64,000 bases of DNA. Source: a bacterium (GTDB lineage: Bacteria > UBA10199 > 2-02-FULL-44-16 > JAAZCA01). Under the pieces are notes generated by a model. The model was not told the origin of the DNA. It was given only the letters and a program-made list of their open reading frames with translations, and searched no databases. Location of the stretch: contig CAXXGI010000001.1 in assembly GCA_963674695.2 (NCBI GenBank), positions 256,001-320,000 of the forward strand. The letters are read 5' to 3'. How positions within the stretch are numbered: position 1 is the first letter of the stretch; every line of letters begins with the position of its first letter. A program made the translations under genes and the position numbers. Positions 46,510-54,462 of this stretch are shown here, in pieces.

Positions 46510-47085
46510 ATGAACAACATTGAAGAGACAAAACTCGATATCCTCCGGCGCTTCTGGCGCGCGAACCGGCGCATGCCCACCTATTCGGAGATGTGCCGCA
46601 TCTTCGGCTACAGTTCGAAGAATGCCGCGTTTCGCTTTGCCAAGAAACTCCTCGACGAGGGGTATGTCGAAAAGGATCCGGCCGGGCGCCTCATCCCGCA
46701 GGGGGATCGATTCGGCATTCCGCTCATGGGGTATGTGCAGGCGGGTTTCCCCTCGCCCGCTGAAGAGGAACTCATCGACACGCTCTCGCTCGATACCTAC
46801 CTCATCGATAAGCCGGAGGCATCGTTCCTCCTCCAGGTCTCGGGCGACTCGATGATCGATGCGGGGATCCACGAAGGCGATCTGGTCATCATCGAACGCG
46901 GGCAGAATCCAAAAAACGGCGACATCGTCCTGGCCTGCGTCGATAACGACTGGACGCTCAAGTACTATCAGCGCCGCAGCGGGGCCGTCGAACTCGTCCC
47001 CGCCAATGCGAAGTATCCCATCATCCGCCCCGAGAACGACCTCACCCTGGGCGGCATCCTGCGCGCGGTGATCCGCAAATACTGA
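46510..47085 (+). CDS. lexA: LexA-family repressor / S24 peptidase
   Basis: wHTH MPTYSEMCRIFGYSSKNAA; cleavage site VQAG-FPSPA; catalytic Ser (GDSM) and Lys (TLKY). Confidence 0.88.
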   Translation: MNNIEETKLDILRRFWRANRRMPTYSEMCRIFGYSSKNAAFRFAKKLLDEGYVEKDPAGRLIPQGDRFGIPLMGYVQAGFPSPAEEELIDTLSLDTYLIDKPEASFLLQVSGDSMIDAGIHEGDLVIIERGQNPKNGDIVLACVDNDWTLKYYQRRSGAVELVPANAKYPIIRPENDLTLGGILRAVIRKY

Positions 47086-47136
47086 CAACGAACCGAAGCG
47101 ATTGACAGATATCCCATCGCCCCCCATATACGCCTC

Positions 47137-47811
47137 ATGTTTCAGACCAAGACCATCCGCACCATCCTCGACGCCCTTGCGCGTCACTATCCTCGTGGAG
47201 CAAAACCCTGGACAGGCGGTGCCGATCCGTTTCAGACGACGATCGGCACGATCCTCTCGGCGCAGACCACCGATGACCAGGTCGATCGCGTGACGCCAGA
47301 ACTCTTTCGACGATATCCCACGCCCGCGAAACTGGCCAACGCCAAGACAGCGGATGTGGAGTCCATCATCAAATCGGTGGGACTGCACCAGACCAAGGCA
47401 CGCAACATCATCGCCGCGGCGCGGATGATCGTTTCAGTCTTCGAGGGGTGCATCCCGAAGACGCGCGAAGAACTCGTGAAACTCCCGGGCGTTGGGCGCA
47501 AGACGGCGAACGTGGTGTTGATCAAAGCGTTCGGAAAACCCGCGATGCCGGTGGACACGCACGTCCTTCGCGTCACGAACCGCATCGGCCTGGCAAGCGC
47601 CAAGACGCCGGAGAAGACCGAGACACAGCTCGAAGCGATCATTCCAAAAGCAAAACTCGGTGCCGCCCACTTCTGGCTCATCCACTTCGGCCGCACGATC
47701 TGCACGGCCCGAAACCCACGCTGCCCTGAATGTCCGATCAAGAAGTGGTGCCGCTATCCAAAAAAAACAGAGCCCTTTTTTAAAGGTAGCAACGCGCGAA
47801 CCAGTCCATGA
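47137..47811 (+). CDS. nth: Endonuclease III
   Basis: ILSAQTTD, HhH LPGVGRKTANVV, VDTHV, 4Fe-4S CTARNPRCPECPIKKWC. Confidence 0.96.
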   Translation: MFQTKTIRTILDALARHYPRGAKPWTGGADPFQTTIGTILSAQTTDDQVDRVTPELFRRYPTPAKLANAKTADVESIIKSVGLHQTKARNIIAAARMIVSVFEGCIPKTREELVKLPGVGRKTANVVLIKAFGKPAMPVDTHVLRVTNRIGLASAKTPEKTETQLEAIIPKAKLGAAHFWLIHFGRTICTARNPRCPECPIKKWCRYPKKTEPFFKGSNARTSP

Positions 47812-48466
47812 GGAGGTTGGATGTGGCGTGAAAGAGGATGGGGGCGGTGATGCTGCCAGTGCGTTCGCGCAGCCAGCCGAAGACGAGCGCGGGAAAGAAG
47901 ATGGAGAAGTGCCACCAGCGAAAGACGATGAGCGTATGGGCGATAGCAAAGATCACCGCCGTGATAATCCAGGCCCACCCCAGATCCACACCGAAGAGGC
48001 GCCAGCGCTTTTTGCAGATTGCATCCATTGTCGACTGGAAGTAGCCCCGAAAATAGAACTCCTCAGGCAATGCGACGAGGACGATCTGAAAGGCGGCCGT
48101 GTGCAACAGGTTCGGAAAGCTCGCCCAGTGGAAGTCCATGCGATGCCAGACGTAGACCTGCCAAAAATGTGCGACGAGAAAGAAGAGGGGAAAGATGACG
48201 ATGGCGACGATCAGAAAGGTCAGGAGTGAGCGTCGCCATGCCGTCCACCCGCGGTCGAGAAAATCGATCGGCCGACGGCGCACCCACAGGACGATGACCG
48301 GTGCATACAGAAAGAGTACCGCCACGATTGTGGAGACGGCCGGGCCCACAACCGCGGCCCCACGAAACCGGTAGAGGATATGCCCCGCCACCAGGAGCGC
48401 GAGCGTCACGACGATCAACTCGCCGATGAGTTTTCGAGAAGAGGGCTGTGCCGATGGAGCCTTCAC
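47780..48466 (-). CDS. CPBP/Abi intramembrane glutamic endopeptidase (myxosortase/JDVT-CAAX-like)
   Basis: LPEEFYFRGYFQ, FAIAH, FFPALVFGWLRERTGS, FHATSN; GTGA overlap with the lgt stop. Confidence 0.85.
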   Translation of the reverse strand: MKAPSAQPSSRKLIGELIVVTLALLVAGHILYRFRGAAVVGPAVSTIVAVLFLYAPVIVLWVRRRPIDFLDRGWTAWRRSLLTFLIVAIVIFPLFFLVAHFWQVYVWHRMDFHWASFPNLLHTAAFQIVLVALPEEFYFRGYFQSTMDAICKKRWRLFGVDLGWAWIITAVIFAIAHTLIVFRWWHFSIFFPALVFGWLRERTGSITAPILFHATSNLLMDWFARCYL

Positions 48467-49260
48467 CCAGCATTCCTTTCCGGAAGACGGTCGCGCCGAC
48501 TCTGCACCCGCCAGATAATGAGGCCGGCGATGATCGTGCCGATCATGGCGATCTGCGCGGTCGAGAGCATCCCCCCGAACCAGATTCCCCGATCGACATC
48601 GCCGCGCAAGAATTCGATGAAGAAGCGCGAAACACCATAATAGAAACAGAAGGTCGCCACCACCTGTCCGTAGAATCGGCGATAGCGATAGGTCGGATAG
48701 AGCACGCACCCCATCAGGATGGCGTTGAGCATGTTATAGACCTGGGTCGCATGCAGCGGTTCGTTCAAGTGCGCATAGCCTGCGGTGGAGGCCGGGTCGG
48801 TGAAGGTGAGATGGATGAAGAAGTCGGTCGGCTTGCCGTAGCAACAGCCGACGAGCAGACATCCGATGCGCACGCAGAAGATGACGATAGGCGCAGCTAA
48901 AATCGCCAGATCCAGATAGCGCCAGGTCTGCAGCCGGCGTTTGCGGATATAGATCAGCCAGCCCACGAGCGTTCCCAGAAAAGCACCGATCGAAACAAAC
49001 CCCCCCTGCCAGAAATAGAAGACGCGGATCGGATGTGCCCAGTAATAGGCGGGATTCTCCACCAGGATATGAACGAGGCGCGAGCCGATCACGGAGGCGA
49101 TCACCGCGATGATACCGAAATCGAGGATGACCACCTGATCGGCCCCCTCACGCTTGGCCATGTATGAAACGAAGAAAGTCGAGACGAGCGCGCCCACCAT
49201 GATCATGAAGAAAAACGATGGCACGCCCGTATCGCCGATGTGAAAGAGAAATGGTCTCAT
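48463..49260 (-). CDS. lgt: Prolipoprotein diacylglyceryl transferase (copy A)
   Basis: IGSRL, WQGGFVSIG, RIGCLLVGCCYGKPT, HATQVY, RFFIEFLRGD. Confidence 0.92.
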   Translation of the reverse strand: MRPFLFHIGDTGVPSFFFMIMVGALVSTFFVSYMAKREGADQVVILDFGIIAVIASVIGSRLVHILVENPAYYWAHPIRVFYFWQGGFVSIGAFLGTLVGWLIYIRKRRLQTWRYLDLAILAAPIVIFCVRIGCLLVGCCYGKPTDFFIHLTFTDPASTAGYAHLNEPLHATQVYNMLNAILMGCVLYPTYRYRRFYGQVVATFCFYYGVSRFFIEFLRGDVDRGIWFGGMLSTAQIAMIGTIIAGLIIWRVQSRRDRLPERNAG

Positions 49261-49338
49261 AAAAACCTCGAAGGACGATGGACGACCGCGAATGCGATTC
49301 GCTCGGACGAAGGACGAAAAATCACGTCTCCTCCCGCA

Positions 49339-49869
49339 TCAACGAGCAGTCCGTTTTTCAAACAGAGCCGACCAGATGAGCAGGATCATCGCAACCGTAA
49401 TCGCGCTGTCGGCGATATTGAACGCGGGCCATTCGAGTGCAGTCTGTACCTGCCAGCCCCCGATCGAGAAATCCAGGACGTGGTCGCCGAGATGAAATGA
49501 GAGGAAGTCGACCACCGATCCCAGACGCACGCGGTCGAGGATATTGCCTGCAATTCCGCCGAAGATGAGCGCGAGCGAAACCTGCAGGAGGCGATCGCGA
49601 TCGGGCAGCGATCGGTAGAGAAAACCCAGAGCGATCGCTGCAACCGCAGCGACCGCATAGAAAAACGGCACGCGCACCGAAGCGCTCATGGTCGAGAAGA
49701 GCCCGAAGGCCGCACCGAGATTACGAAAGTGCACCAGGTCGAAAAAACCCGGAATGATGGGGATACGCATCCCCTCGGGAATCCAGGCCAGGACCGCCAG
49801 TTTCGAGAGCTGATCGAGGATAAAGACCAGCGGCGCAATGATGATGAGCAATCGATATTTGAGTGACAT
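49339..49869 (-). CDS. lspA: Lipoprotein signal peptidase II
   Basis: LDQLSK, NLGAAFG, GNILDR, VVDFL, FNIADSAI; GAGGAG RBS. Confidence 0.96.
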   Translation of the reverse strand: MSLKYRLLIIIAPLVFILDQLSKLAVLAWIPEGMRIPIIPGFFDLVHFRNLGAAFGLFSTMSASVRVPFFYAVAAVAAIALGFLYRSLPDRDRLLQVSLALIFGGIAGNILDRVRLGSVVDFLSFHLGDHVLDFSIGGWQVQTALEWPAFNIADSAITVAMILLIWSALFEKRTAR

Positions 49870-49885
49870 GAAACTCCTCAAGAGC

Positions 49886-49962
49886 CGTGACTCGTAATTC
49901 GTAACTCGTAACTCGTGACTTGTGACTCGCAAATCGAGGTCCCCGTTTTCACGGGGATGACA
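49886..49962. repeat. Heptamer array (CGTRACT)n plus half REP/RS3-like element
   Basis: About six heptamers at 49886-49930; 49933-49962 is the reverse complement (1 mismatch) of the left half of the 9078 element and abuts the ileS stop. Confidence 0.8.
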
Positions 49963-52761
49963 TCATCCCGCTACCACCCTGACACAGCGAGCGCACAGTT
50001 CCGGATGTTCGCTGTTCGTGCCCACGCTCGTGGCCGTCTTCCAGCAGCGCGCACATTTTCCGCCGTCGGCCTTGAGCGCGGCAACGGAAAGCCCCGCGAT
50101 CTCGGAGCTTTGTTCCACATACTCGCCCTCGGCCTTGCCGAACGCGACTGCGGAGACGATGAAGAGGTCATTGAGATTCTCGCCGAACGTCTCGAGAAAA
50201 GCGCGCGTGTCATCATCGCACTCGATGACGACCTTCGCCGCCAGCGAATTGCCGATGAACTTCTCAGCGCGCGCATGCTCCAACGCCTTGGTCACCACCT
50301 GTCGAATCGCGATGAAGCGCGAGAAGCGATCGAGCAGCGCCTGATCGAACGCGCCCGCCTCGGGCATGTCGGCCAGAAAGACGGAGTCGGGCGCACCCGC
50401 GCGTGCCGGCATCGTTCGCCAAATCTCTTCGGCGGTAAAGGAGAGCACCGGCGCCATCAGGCGCGTCACCGCATCGAGGATACGGAAGACGACGGTCTGC
50501 GCTGAACGTCGAAGCTTCCCATCCGCGCGCTCGGCATAGAGCCGATCCTTGAGAAGATCGAAGTAGAACGCCGAGAGTTCCACTGCAAAGAAGCGATTGA
50601 GCGTATGCACGATGGTATGGAATTCAAACCGATCATAGGCATCGTGAATACGCGCGGTCACACGCGCGAGTTCACTCAGCGCCCAGCGATCGACCTCTTC
50701 GAGCTCCGCTTCCACAACGGCATCGGTGTCGGGATTGAAATCGTAGAGGTTGCCGAGCATGTAGCGCGCCGTGTTGCGCATTTTGCGATACGATTCGATG
50801 CAACGCGTGAGGATCTCATTGGAGAAGCGGATGTCCTCGCGATAGTCCTCGGCCGCAACCCAGAGGCGAAGGATCTCCGCGCCGTGTTGGTTGATGAGTT
50901 TTTCCGGCGGCACATAGTTTCCCGCGCTCTTGGAGTATTTGCGCCCCTCGCCATCGACGACGAAACCATGCGTGAGCACGCGTTTGTACGGGGCGCGACC
51001 GCGCGTTCCGATCGACGTGAGCAGTGAGGTGTGAAACCAGCCGCGGTGCTGATCGCTCCCCTCGAGATAGAGGTCGGCCTGCTCGGTGATCCCCTCCTTG
51101 TTCTCCATGACCGCCGCGAACGAAACGCCCGAATCGAACCAGACGTCGAGGATGTCCGGCTCTTTGCCAAAGCGCTCGCGCTCACCGCAGGAGGGACAGG
51201 CAAACCCTTCCGGTTTGAACTCGGCCGCATCGTGCGTAAACCAAGCGTCCGCACCCTCTTTTTCAAAAAATTGCGCGGTGCGTTCGACGAGCTCCGGCGT
51301 GGTATGCGATGTGCCGCAGGCCTCGCAAATGAGCGCGATGACCGGAACACCCCAGAGGCGTTGGCGCGAGATGCACCAGTCGGGGCGAGCAGCGACCATG
51401 CCGCCGATGCGATTGGAACCCCACTTGGGAATCCACTCGACCTCTTCGATCGCCTTGAGCGCCTTCTTGCGCAGATCGCCCTGCTCCATCGAGATGAACC
51501 ACTGATCGGTCGCGCGAAAAACGATGGGGCGTTTACACCTCCAACAGTGCGGATAGGAATGTGCGACCTCATGACTCGCGACGAGCGCACCGACCTCGGT
51601 GAGCTTTTCTATGATCGGTTTGTTCGCATCCTCGACGAAGACGCCGGTGAGCCAGGAAAGCTGCGCCTCGTCGGTGAAGCGCCCTGCGTCGTCGATGGGG
51701 GCGAGCACCTCGAGGCCATAGCGCTGACCGGCATCGTAATCATCCTGTCCGTGTCCGGGAGCGGTGTGTACCGCGCCGGTCCCTGCCTCCAGCGTCACGT
51801 GCTCGCCAAGGATGACGAGCGAAGTTCGATCGATGAGCGGATGCTGGCAGTGCTTGTGCTCGAGATCGGCGGGTAAAGGTTTGCCCACGACCGTGGAATA
51901 GGTCTTGCCCACCGTCTGCATGACGTCGTCGACGAGCCCCTCGGCGAGAATCCAGACTTCCCCATCGACCTTGACCGCCACATACGGCAGGTCCGGATTG
52001 AGCGCGATGGCCAGATTGGCCGGAATCGTCCAGGGCGTCGTCGTCCAGATGACGAGCGAGATCGGTTCGTCGGCAAGACCCCACGCCTTCCGAAACGTGC
52101 CGTCATCTTTGAGCCCGAACTTCACATAGATCGAAGGGGCGGTGTGATCGGCGTATTCCACTTCGGCTTCAGCAAGTGCGGTGCGACAGGAAGCGCACCA
52201 GTAGATCGGCTTTTTCCCCTTGTAGAGCCCGCCGTTGGCGACGAACTTTCCGAACTCGCGTGCGATGGAGGCCTCATAGTCGAACGCCATCGTGCGATAC
52301 GGATCCTCCCAGCGCCCGAGACAACCGAGACGCTTGAACTCCTCGCGCTGAATGCCGACGAAGCGATCGGCGTGCTCGCGGCAGGCCAAGCGCACATCGG
52401 CGGCCGACATCTCGCGCTTCTTGGAACCGAGTTTCCGATCGACCGCGAGTTCGATGGGAAGACCGTGGCAATCCCAGCCCGGCACATAGGCGCACTGCAG
52501 GCCGGACATGTTCTTGTATTTGACGACGACGTCCTTGAGAATCTTATTGAGGATCGTTCCGAGATGAATATTCCCGTTCGCGTACGGCGGGCCATCATGC
52601 AAAATGTAACGCGGCTTTCCCTCGCGCGCTTCGACCATGCGATGATAGAGCCCGTCCGCTTCCCAGGATTTGAGCTGTTCCGGCTCGCGGATGGCCAGAG
52701 AACCCTTCATCGGAAAATCGGTTTTGGGAAGATTGAGCGTTTCTTTGTAGTTCTGAGCCAT
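49963..52761 (-). CDS. ileS: Isoleucine--tRNA ligase (type 1)
   Basis: HDGPPYANG, HLGT (HIGH), WTTTPWT, KYSKS (KMSKS), C-terminal zinc finger CARCW...LCARC. Confidence 0.98.
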   Translation of the reverse strand: MAQNYKETLNLPKTDFPMKGSLAIREPEQLKSWEADGLYHRMVEAREGKPRYILHDGPPYANGNIHLGTILNKILKDVVVKYKNMSGLQCAYVPGWDCHGLPIELAVDRKLGSKKREMSAADVRLACREHADRFVGIQREEFKRLGCLGRWEDPYRTMAFDYEASIAREFGKFVANGGLYKGKKPIYWCASCRTALAEAEVEYADHTAPSIYVKFGLKDDGTFRKAWGLADEPISLVIWTTTPWTIPANLAIALNPDLPYVAVKVDGEVWILAEGLVDDVMQTVGKTYSTVVGKPLPADLEHKHCQHPLIDRTSLVILGEHVTLEAGTGAVHTAPGHGQDDYDAGQRYGLEVLAPIDDAGRFTDEAQLSWLTGVFVEDANKPIIEKLTEVGALVASHEVAHSYPHCWRCKRPIVFRATDQWFISMEQGDLRKKALKAIEEVEWIPKWGSNRIGGMVAARPDWCISRQRLWGVPVIALICEACGTSHTTPELVERTAQFFEKEGADAWFTHDAAEFKPEGFACPSCGERERFGKEPDILDVWFDSGVSFAAVMENKEGITEQADLYLEGSDQHRGWFHTSLLTSIGTRGRAPYKRVLTHGFVVDGEGRKYSKSAGNYVPPEKLINQHGAEILRLWVAAEDYREDIRFSNEILTRCIESYRKMRNTARYMLGNLYDFNPDTDAVVEAELEEVDRWALSELARVTARIHDAYDRFEFHTIVHTLNRFFAVELSAFYFDLLKDRLYAERADGKLRRSAQTVVFRILDAVTRLMAPVLSFTAEEIWRTMPARAGAPDSVFLADMPEAGAFDQALLDRFSRFIAIRQVVTKALEHARAEKFIGNSLAAKVVIECDDDTRAFLETFGENLNDLFIVSAVAFGKAEGEYVEQSSEIAGLSVAALKADGGKCARCWKTATSVGTNSEHPELCARCVRVVAG

Positions 52762-52808
52762 GAGAAAAACCTCTATTGTCATGCGAACCAGGAAATACAC
52801 GTGAAAGC

Positions 52809-52967
52809 ATCTGAAAGCGTGACGTTCGTACTCATCCTCTCGCTTACGGCTCCTCGCCTCAAACGCCGGCTCGTCACCTGCTCTTCTCGCACCGCAGGAT
52901 AAGAGGCTTGGATGGCGGCGCTCGAAGAAGCCGCTCGAGGAGGAGTACGAACGTCACGCTTTCAGAT
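52809..52967. other. 159-nt element bounded by perfect 25-bp inverted repeats in the ileS leader
   Basis: ATCTGAAAGCGTGACGTTCGTACTC (52809-52833) / GAGTACGAACGTCACGCTTTCAGAT (52943-52967); interior also self-complementary. Confidence 0.8.
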
Positions 52968-52996
52968 CATTTCAACACACCATTCAATATATCTCA

Positions 52997-53479
52997 TCAC
53001 TCGCTGACCCCTAAGTTGGTGATCGTCGGCTCTCCCTTGCGCAGGAAGTTGCCGATGTCGGCCAGCACCTGGCGTTCGATGACGCCGGAGCTCTTGAGTT
53101 TATCGACGAGCGATTTCACGCGCGTGCCCACATCGACCTGCGTGCGCCCATCCATCGGAACGACGCGGATGTCGAGCTGAAAGAAGGAGTTGGTGACGCT
53201 ATATTCCTTGCGATTGAAGAGCGGAATATAGTGCGAATCGGAGGTGACCGGAAGCCACGCCGTGGTGAAGACACCATCCTGCATGTTCTCGGCGTTCATC
53301 GGAAACCCGTTCTGCTCGAGCGCAAAACGCAGCGCATAATAGACATCGTTTGGCTGCGCGGCGTAGTCGTCGCTGAAGTAGTGGATATTCTTGATCACCT
53401 GCGCATCGGCCAGGGGTTTACTGCACCCGACCGCCACCAGCATGAGCGAAACGACAACGAGGGAAGCGATGCCTCTCAT
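52997..53479 (-). CDS. Predicted outer-membrane lipoprotein (possibly BamC-like fold)
   Basis: Signal peptide with lipobox AVGC; GVFTTAW motif; lies inside the lgt-ileS-lspA run. Confidence 0.7.
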   Translation of the reverse strand: MRGIASLVVVSLMLVAVGCSKPLADAQVIKNIHYFSDDYAAQPNDVYYALRFALEQNGFPMNAENMQDGVFTTAWLPVTSDSHYIPLFNRKEYSVTNSFFQLDIRVVPMDGRTQVDVGTRVKSLVDKLKSSGVIERQVLADIGNFLRKGEPTITNLGVSE

Positions 53480-53482
53480 AGT

Positions 53483-54283
53483 TCAATTTCCCTTCTGGGC
53501 AGCGCCGCGCGAGCGAAGCAGGAGATAGAGCGCAAGCCCCGCGGCGAACAGGATGATCGAGATGAACTGCGAGGTCGACAGCCACGGCTCGACGACGAAC
53601 CCGCGCTCGTAGTCGCCCCGGAAGTATTCGTTGAAGGCGCGCAGAACCGCATACATCATCAGGTAGGAGGCGATGAGCTGCCCCTCGAAACGCTGAAACC
53701 GCCGGATGAGGAGCAGGAGACTGAAGATGAGCGTCTCGCCGACCACCTCCATGAGTTGGGTCGGATAGAGACCCACCCCGCCAGGGGCAAAGGAGCCCAC
53801 GCCCGTCGGAAAGATGAGCGCGTACCAGGCGTCGTGCCCCACGATGCGACCGTGGCAACAGCCCGCCAGCAGACAGCCGATGCGCCCGATGGCATGCCCG
53901 ATGGCGATGGCCGGCGCGAAGATGTCCATGGTAACCCACAGCGGCATGCGGTGTCGGCGGATATACCAAACGCCGACGGCGAGCGCCGCGATCAGCCCCC
54001 CGTAGAAGACCAGCCCCCCCTCCCAGATGCGAACGATCATGAGGGGGTTTTGCAGGAATTGCTCGCGTTCGGCGACGATGACGTGCAACAGGCGTGACCC
54101 GATGATGGCGGAGAGGATGATATAGAAACCCAGATCCAGCATGCGCGCGGGGCTCTGGCCCGCACGGCGGCTGGCAAAGCTGACCCATCCGATGGCTACC
54201 ACGAAGGCGGTGGCCACCATCACGCCGTAGCTGTAGACCGTGATACCGCCGAAGAGTGGAATCTTGAAGAGAACCGGATACAT
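53483..54283 (-). CDS. lgt: Prolipoprotein diacylglyceryl transferase (copy B)
   Basis: MYPVLF, YSYG, WEGGLVFYGG, GRIGCLLAGCCHG, YPTQL, EYFRGD. Confidence 0.95.
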   Translation of the reverse strand: MYPVLFKIPLFGGITVYSYGVMVATAFVVAIGWVSFASRRAGQSPARMLDLGFYIILSAIIGSRLLHVIVAEREQFLQNPLMIVRIWEGGLVFYGGLIAALAVGVWYIRRHRMPLWVTMDIFAPAIAIGHAIGRIGCLLAGCCHGRIVGHDAWYALIFPTGVGSFAPGGVGLYPTQLMEVVGETLIFSLLLLIRRFQRFEGQLIASYLMMYAVLRAFNEYFRGDYERGFVVEPWLSTSQFISIILFAAGLALYLLLRSRGAAQKGN

Positions 54284-54462
54284 AGGCGACTCACTAGCGG
54301 AGGTGATGATCGAACGCAAGCGGAAAGGCGAAAACGCCCCCGATCGAATCGAAAGAGGGTCATCGTCAAATCAATGCGGCCATCACCCCGCTGAAAACTT
54401 TGCAACTATAGAATATCGCTTGAAAAATGGACGGTAGCCGGATAGCACGGAGACCATTTTTC

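Noticed and set aside
52762-52996. T-box riboswitch upstream of ileS
   Set aside because: No GGTGGNACCGCG T-box motif or terminator/antiterminator pair on the minus strand.
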